Source: a virus (lineage: Duplodnaviria > Caudoviricetes). From it: DNA of 31,079 bases. The notes under the pieces are model-generated. The model made no database searches, had not been told where the DNA came from, and saw only the letters and a list, made by a program, of their open reading frames with translations. This document shows, one piece after another, positions 25,739-31,079 of this stretch. The stretch covers positions 1 through 31,079 of the IMG/VR virus record IMGVR_UViG_3300024058_000006; one strand, written 5' to 3'. The position numbers and the translations under genes are program-made. The first letter of the stretch is position 1. Each line of letters starts with the position of its first letter.

Positions 25739-25799
25739 AATGCGCTTTTACCCAACCGCCAAACGCCGTGAGGGCGTGGCATAATTTAGGAGAGCCCTC

Positions 25800-26861
25800 A
25801 TGGCTGAAGTAAGAATCGCAGACGTCGTAGTACCCGAGATTTTCGCCCCGTATGTCGCAACGATGACCGAGCAGAAAACGGCTCTGGTAGATTCAGGTGT
25901 GGTCGTTCGCGATCCGGCCCTGGACGGTTTTCTAGCAGGCGGCGGCACCACCTTCAATGCACCATCATGGCGCGATATCGACGACGACAGTAATATCCTG
26001 GCTGACCGCGTATCAAGCGATAATCCGGCGACGATAGCTGTCCCCAATAAGATACAAACGAATCAGGAGCTCGCCGTCCGGCTATCGCGAAATAACAGCT
26101 GGGCAACTATGGATTTAGTCGCCGCCCTTGCAGGCGATGACCCGTCCAGCGCTATTTCGAATCGCGTGGCAGCATATTGGCGCAGGCGCTTGCAGGCGGT
26201 TTTCGTATCTACCTGGCAGGGCGTATTTTCCGATAATGCCCAGGTAACCCCGAATGATGACCCGCGTGCTGGCATTACCAATAACGAGGTGACGGATGAT
26301 TTGACCGTCGATATCTCCGGCGCATTTACAGCCGGGGTTACCGATTTCTCAGCCGAGGCTTTCATCGATGCCATTACCACAGCCGGCGATAGCCAGAGCG
26401 ATTTCGTCGCGGTAATGATGCACTCAATAGTTTTCAGCAAGGCGCAGAAAAATAACCTGATCGATTTTATCCCCGATTCCAGCAACGCAGCTGCTGCTGA
26501 TATTCCGACCTTCCTGGGTCGGCGCGTAATCGTTGACGATTCAATGCCGAACGCTGCCGGCGTTTTCGATACCTGGATATTCGGTGCTTCAGCATCCCGC
26601 TGGGGCGTTGGTAATCCGAAGGTACCAGCCGAGGTGGATCGCGAGCCAGCCGAGGGTAATGGCGGTGGTTCAGAATCGCTTTGGTCGCGCATCGAGTGGG
26701 CTATGCATCCGGTCGGTTATCGATTCCTGTCGGGATCGGTGGCGAATGGAGACGGTGGGCCTACCAATGCGGAGTTGGCCGATGGACCGAACAATTGGGC
26801 TCGGACATTCCCCGAGCGTAAAATGATTAAAGCGGCCAGGCTAATTACTACAGAATTTTAA
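25800..26861 (+). CDS. Major capsid protein
   Basis: IADVVVPEIF, DLVAALAGDDP...VAAYW, MHS, FLGRRVIVDD and HPVGY motifs. 353 aa, strong RBS, followed by a hairpin. Confidence 0.93.
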   Translation: MAEVRIADVVVPEIFAPYVATMTEQKTALVDSGVVVRDPALDGFLAGGGTTFNAPSWRDIDDDSNILADRVSSDNPATIAVPNKIQTNQELAVRLSRNNSWATMDLVAALAGDDPSSAISNRVAAYWRRRLQAVFVSTWQGVFSDNAQVTPNDDPRAGITNNEVTDDLTVDISGAFTAGVTDFSAEAFIDAITTAGDSQSDFVAVMMHSIVFSKAQKNNLIDFIPDSSNAAAADIPTFLGRRVIVDDSMPNAAGVFDTWIFGASASRWGVGNPKVPAEVDREPAEGNGGGSESLWSRIEWAMHPVGYRFLSGSVANGDGGPTNAELADGPNNWARTFPERKMIKAARLITTEF

Positions 26862-26884
26862 ACGTAATTATACCTGCGTCGGAG

Positions 26885-26912
26885 ACCGGGCCTGCGGGCC
26901 CGGTTACCCTTT
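26885..26912 (+). terminator. Hairpin after the capsid gene (probable partial terminator)
   Basis: ACCGGGCC-TGCG-GGCCCGGT with a weak U-tract (TACCCTTT). Confidence 0.55.
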
Positions 26913-26934
26913 CAATTAATAGGAGCCCCGATCA

Positions 26935-27903
26935 ATGCCTGATCCAAAAAACCCCGATGAAAATCAGCCACCGAGCACGCCCGATACCGCGGCGGAAATC
27001 GAAGAAACCCCGGAAGTAAGCCAATCTGGCGATGAAATCGAAATTACCAGCGACGACGTTGGCGATGTCGGCGACGTTCTTGGCGACCCTATACAACCGG
27101 ATGCCCCTGAAAACGAGCCCGCAGGCGATCCTGCAGGGGATGCCCCGGAGCCGGATATAGCCCCGGACCCGCTAGAAGAGCCGGGTGCCGAGGAACCTGG
27201 GACCGGTGCGGAAGCCCCGCCCGAACAGCCCGAACAGCCCGAACAGCCCGATGTTGCGGCTGTTGCGGCTAACATTCCGGACACCGCCGATGTTGCCGAA
27301 CCACCGCCCGATTCGCCCGATGTTGCGGCTGTTGCCGATGTTGCGGCTGTTGCCGATGTTGCGGCTGTTGCGCCTGTTATCGATAAAGCCAGGCGGCGCG
27401 CTACTACCGGAGCCGACAAAAAAATAGCCGATACAAAGCGCCATGATGCCGCAATTGCCGAAGCCGCTGCCGAAGCACCGGAGCCTACCGCCGAGGTGAA
27501 AGCCAGCGACGAGCGCCGGGATGCCATCGCTGCCGAAATGTACGAGCTAGACGAGCAGGCAGCCGCCCTTGAGAATGAGGCATTAAAGCTGCGCGAAAAG
27601 GGAGCCGCCCTGCAGCTGGACCTATATCCGCAACAGGGCCCGAATGATCTGCATAGCAAAGCGGTCCGGGGATACCTGGACGCCTCCGCTCGTGAGCGCG
27701 CGCATCGCGCTGCAAGCCCGGCCCGGCTTAAGGCTATGCTGAAGGCAGCGGGCTTGGCACCGATAGACGCAGCATTCCAGCGCCAGCGAGCCAGGGGAAT
27801 GTCGCGACCGAAACACCCGGCGAAGGAGCAGGCCCCAGCTGCCAGCCAGGATCAAAACCCGGGCGGCAAGCCCGGGGAAGCCGAAGCAGCAGCCCAGGAG
27901 TGA
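26935..27903 (+). CDS. Acidic Pro/Ala-rich head-associated hypothetical protein
   Basis: AGGAG RBS, disordered N-terminal half, C-terminal helical part with APIDAAF, located after the capsid gene. Confidence 0.75.
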   Translation: MPDPKNPDENQPPSTPDTAAEIEETPEVSQSGDEIEITSDDVGDVGDVLGDPIQPDAPENEPAGDPAGDAPEPDIAPDPLEEPGAEEPGTGAEAPPEQPEQPEQPDVAAVAANIPDTADVAEPPPDSPDVAAVADVAAVADVAAVAPVIDKARRRATTGADKKIADTKRHDAAIAEAAAEAPEPTAEVKASDERRDAIAAEMYELDEQAAALENEALKLREKGAALQLDLYPQQGPNDLHSKAVRGYLDASARERAHRAASPARLKAMLKAAGLAPIDAAFQRQRARGMSRPKHPAKEQAPAASQDQNPGGKPGEAEAAAQE

Positions 27904-27906
27904 TCT

Positions 27907-28335
27907 ATGGCGACGCCAACGGGGGAGCGGGCTGACGCAGCTCGCCGTTTTCACGCCCGTGAGAGGCGGCGTACTAAGCAGAATCAGGCGGACTATCGTG
28001 CGCTGATTGCAGCGCCCTTTGATTTCGGTACGGTCGCCGCCGGCGGCTCGTCCACCAATGTACTGACCCTCCCCGCCGACATCGAAATAGCCGTCACGAT
28101 TAATGCGGCAATGGCAGCCGGCCACGTCGGTATCCTGGACGTGACGACGGGGGTCGATTTCGTAAGCGCCGAGGCGGCGATATCAGGAGGTCGCATTAAT
28201 ATCAGGCACCTATTCCGCGAGCCACATCAAATCCGAATTACTCGAGCAGCCGGAGCCCTGGCCGGAGCCGCGACTATCTTTTTCCGCGGTCCTAAATCCC
28301 AGCTAATAGCATTCGGGACGGTGGTGTTCACATGA
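27907..28335 (+). CDS. Putative virion protein with an Arg-rich N-terminal motif
   Basis: AGGAG RBS; ARRFHARERRRTKQNQ followed by a beta-rich body. Confidence 0.7.
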   Translation: MATPTGERADAARRFHARERRRTKQNQADYRALIAAPFDFGTVAAGGSSTNVLTLPADIEIAVTINAAMAAGHVGILDVTTGVDFVSAEAAISGGRINIRHLFREPHQIRITRAAGALAGAATIFFRGPKSQLIAFGTVVFT

Positions 28336-28352
28336 TTACCGGAGGCTTTTAA

Positions 28353-28721
28353 ATGGCTACAGCGGCGAAATTACCGACGCCCCTAATCGTCGAGCAGGGC
28401 GCGACATTCAATAAGCGATTCACGTGGAAGGCGGGCTCGCCTGCCGTCCCTGTGGATATCTCGAATTATCTGGCCCGGATGCAAATCAAGGACAAGAAGG
28501 GCGGCACGTCGTTGGTCGATTTGACCGAGGCCAACGGGCGGATTACAAGGGACGGCCCGAACGGCATTATTGACCTGACTATCCTGGCTACCGATACCGA
28601 AGCCTTCACATGGAAAAAGGGCGTTTTCGATCTAGAGCTTGAAGAGCAAACGACCAATTTTGTCCGGCGGCTGGTGGAGGGCGATGTGGAGCTGAGTACC
28701 GAGGTCACCACAATCCCATGA
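28353..28721 (+). CDS. Ig-like virion adaptor protein (QGATF family, BppU-N/LtfC-like)
   Basis: IVEQGATF...VDISNY.ARMQIK...G.IDLTI.A.DT...FDLEL pattern. Confidence 0.72.
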   Translation: MATAAKLPTPLIVEQGATFNKRFTWKAGSPAVPVDISNYLARMQIKDKKGGTSLVDLTEANGRITRDGPNGIIDLTILATDTEAFTWKKGVFDLELEEQTTNFVRRLVEGDVELSTEVTTIP

Positions 28722-29290
28722 CCACCGAAATCGTAATAACGGGCGATGACGAAACGGTCGTCGAGCAGGTAGATGTAACCGAAATCGTCGAGATTGATTG
28801 CGATACAGTAGAAATCACCGACCTGCAGCTGGATACGGTGCTGGCCGAGGGGATTACCGAGCTCGTGATAGACGATAATTCGGAGACGATTGTCGAGGTA
28901 ATCGATGTAACCGAAATTTTAGAAACGAACGAGCAGGGCCCGATAGGCCCGCAAGGGCTGACCGGCGGCATTGCCGCAAATCAGACGGACACGATAATCC
29001 TGGCTGGCAATACCGGGACGATAGACGCGGTGACCTTTGCTGATATCCGGTCGGCCAAATGGTTTATTACAGTAACGGATGCCATCAACGGATTATTTGC
29101 ATTCTGTGAGGTGGCCGCTATCCACGACGGGTCGATTGCCCGCTGGGTACATTACGCGAAAATCGGGGAGCCCCTGGATTACAGCGTCGCGGTGAGTATT
29201 TCGGGGCTCCAAATGATTATAGAAGCTACCAATAACGAGGCGGTAGATTTGGAATTTAGTGTCGTGCGAATCGTCACTGATGTTGTATAG
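28718..29290 (+). CDS. Putative virion fibre/structural protein
   Basis: Acidic VEI repeats, a short collagen-like QGPIGPQG, and a C-terminal RSAKW...E...HDG domain. Confidence 0.68.
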   Translation: MTTEIVITGDDETVVEQVDVTEIVEIDCDTVEITDLQLDTVLAEGITELVIDDNSETIVEVIDVTEILETNEQGPIGPQGLTGGIAANQTDTIILAGNTGTIDAVTFADIRSAKWFITVTDAINGLFAFCEVAAIHDGSIARWVHYAKIGEPLDYSVAVSISGLQMIIEATNNEAVDLEFSVVRIVTDVV

Positions 29291-29318
29291 GCAATTTTTA
29301 ATATAGGCGGGTGATATC

Positions 29319-30509
29319 ATGGCAGAAGATTTTTTCAGAACAGATAAGGGCGTCGACATTGATTTCGCCGTCCGCTTATCCGGCACCGGCGTCCCCGGTA
29401 CCGGCGGCGATACCGACGCGGTTGGCGTCGGCTCAATCTATTCAAACAAGGCAGGCCCGACGGGCTCGGGCGGCACCGGCATCTGGAGCAAAGTTACAGC
29501 AGGCACCGGCACCGATAAATGGCTCGAAATACAGCGCGTCGGCGGTGGCCAGGGCGGGGTCGATTATAAGGATTCTGTCCGGGTAGCCACCACAGGCGCA
29601 TTACCCGCTTATACACAGGCGGGCGCGGGCGCGGGGGCCACGCTGACCGCGGACGCGGTGGGTATCCTGACGGTCGATTCTGTCAACCTAGTGCTGGGCG
29701 ATGATTTGCTGCTCAATGATGGCGCGGCGGGATCGGACAACGGCATCTATGTCGTCACCGTCGAGGGTACGGCGGGCGTCGCTTTCGTGCTTACCAGGCG
29801 CACCGATGCGGACGAGGACGGCGATGTAACAGCGCAAATGCAGGTCCCGGTATCCGAGGGCACGCTAAATTTCGACAGCCAATTCGTGCTCATTACCAAC
29901 GACCCGATTATCGTCGATACCACCACGCAGACATTCGTCAAATTCAACGATTCCGCGACCCTGGCCGAGCTGGCTTTCATCCGCACATTTATTGGCAAAA
30001 CTAGCGCTGGGGCTGAAACCCCGACCTATAGCTCCAATAATTTCGTCACCGATACCACCAGCTTAGAGACGGCTATCGGGGATCTGGACGCGCAGGTAGG
30101 CACCAACGCCTCCGGCATCGCTGCCAACGCTGCCGAAATCCTGGAGGCCCGGACCGAAACGGCCCTTACCAATGTGACCGCATCGCAAACGCTTGATAGC
30201 GTGAGCGTGGATGCGGTGGCAGCCGTAAAATGGCAGGTCCACGTCGAGGGTAATTTGCTGGCCGATGCAGCCAAAAAGGTGGTGGTGGAAATATTCGCCG
30301 CGCATGACGGCCACAATAATGGCGGCGGCGCGGATGCCACCGACGCGGATTTCGCTGTATATGCCAAGCTGAAAATTGGCGCTGCCCTGGTTGGCCTTAC
30401 CTTTTCGGTCGACGTGAATGGCGCAGGCGGCGCTCAAACTATGCGCCTCCTGATCGCATCTACCACCGCTGTCGACGTGCGTGCCATCCGGAAAATTATC
30501 AATTTTTAA
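29319..30509 (+). CDS. Putative virion fibre protein
   Basis: DYKDSVRVATT...NGIYVV...TR..DAD fibre module, a short coiled coil, and a C-terminal AVKW...E...HDG domain. Confidence 0.75.
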   Translation: MAEDFFRTDKGVDIDFAVRLSGTGVPGTGGDTDAVGVGSIYSNKAGPTGSGGTGIWSKVTAGTGTDKWLEIQRVGGGQGGVDYKDSVRVATTGALPAYTQAGAGAGATLTADAVGILTVDSVNLVLGDDLLLNDGAAGSDNGIYVVTVEGTAGVAFVLTRRTDADEDGDVTAQMQVPVSEGTLNFDSQFVLITNDPIIVDTTTQTFVKFNDSATLAELAFIRTFIGKTSAGAETPTYSSNNFVTDTTSLETAIGDLDAQVGTNASGIAANAAEILEARTETALTNVTASQTLDSVSVDAVAAVKWQVHVEGNLLADAAKKVVVEIFAAHDGHNNGGGADATDADFAVYAKLKIGAALVGLTFSVDVNGAGGAQTMRLLIASTTAVDVRAIRKIINF

Positions 30510-30518
30510 TGGTGGCTA

Positions 30519-31079
30519 ATGTTTCCCGAACGCGCCTTTGAAGCTCCCGATGGGATACTGCTTAACGATTTAGCGGGGCTAGTAAGCGGGACATTCGACC
30601 CGAGCGTGACCGGCCAGGAGGCCCCGGTCGGCACGCTTTTCCTGCGTACCAACGGGCAGCTATTCAAGAAAATTGAAACGCCGCCCACGCCTATATCATT
30701 CCGCAGCAGCACCGAGGCGCAATCGCCCTCGTTTCAGGTAACGATAGCCGTCCCGGCAGGCGTCGTGGACGGGGACAGCCTGGTATTGATCGGCACCCAA
30801 TCCGACGGCGAGGACGGGTCCTGGAATGCGCTGGCAGGCTGGACCGAGGAGGTGGTAGATGCGCCCTCCGGTGGAGCCGCACCATCCACGCCGGAGACAT
30901 CGATCTGGACCCGCAAGGCATCCAGCGAGCCAGCAAATTATACGATCAGCGTGGACAATCCTGGTGGCGTCGGCGTAGTCGCCAAAATGCTGGCCTTCGA
31001 CGGCTCCGATCCGAGCGTGGTATTCGATGTCGCAGCGACCCTGGCCACGCATACCGGCACCGCTAATCCCAACCCGCCG
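30519..31079 (+). CDS. Putative virion fibre protein, 3'-truncated (not in the supplied ORF track)
   Basis: ATG 30519 after GGTGG, open to the window end: MFPERAFEAPDGILL...SGTFDP...APVGTLFLRTNGQLFKK...VPAGVVDGD...WTRKASSEP. Confidence 0.75.
   Translation, partial: MFPERAFEAPDGILLNDLAGLVSGTFDPSVTGQEAPVGTLFLRTNGQLFKKIETPPTPISFRSSTEAQSPSFQVTIAVPAGVVDGDSLVLIGTQSDGEDGSWNALAGWTEEVVDAPSGGAAPSTPETSIWTRKASSEPANYTISVDNPGGVGVVAKMLAFDGSDPSVVFDVAATLATHTGTANPNPP

Noticed and set aside
26063-27659. Long minus-strand ORFs (26063..26692, 26964..27659; likewise 11256..12017 and 12341..13024)
   Set aside because: They are antisense shadows of well-supported GC-rich plus-strand genes, Ser/Ala-rich and without recognisable motifs.
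1-31079. Integrase/att site, diversity-generating retroelement, tRNA genes
   Set aside because: I saw no recombinase catalytic motifs, no reverse transcriptase or TR/VR pair, and no cloverleaf with T-loop consensus. Lifestyle cannot be determined from this window.

Overview
This window is a segment of a tailed dsDNA phage genome, probably a siphovirus. An i-spanin/o-spanin pair points to a Gram-negative host. It opens inside the central tail protein gene and continues through a DUF2793 tail gene. It then covers what looks like the whole non-structural region (about 4.5-20 kb): a leftward operon, a divergent rightward early operon with a Cro-like HTH gene, a QueF-like plus DpdA/TGT-like gene pair, a recombinase, a lysis cassette and two DNA methyltransferases. 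It ends with terminase, portal, gpF-like head protein, scaffold, major capsid and head/fibre genes, the last of which is truncated. I could not recognise an integrase, CI repressor, initiator, primase, helicase, polymerase, tRNA or CRISPR array. The most unusual signals are non-coding. (1) A candidate antisense-RNA/leader-peptide controlled replication locus has a ~260-nt structured non-coding stretch where an initiator gene would be expected, followed by a Zn-finger protein ending in an SSB-type DDIPF tail. (2) Clusters of ATAG-N10-CTAT palindromes sit at two convergent-gene junctions and flank a short Dam-like methylase that seems to lack a target-recognition domain, next to a 6x29-bp tandem array. 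(3) A 19-bp operator TGTAGC-N7-GCTACA overlaps five promoters. (4) Five intergenic GUGAG-loop hairpins lie just before ribosome-binding sites. (5) Two 9-bp-period TGTT/AACA arrays are embedded in unrelated genes. All family calls come from motif recognition by eye, not from database searches.
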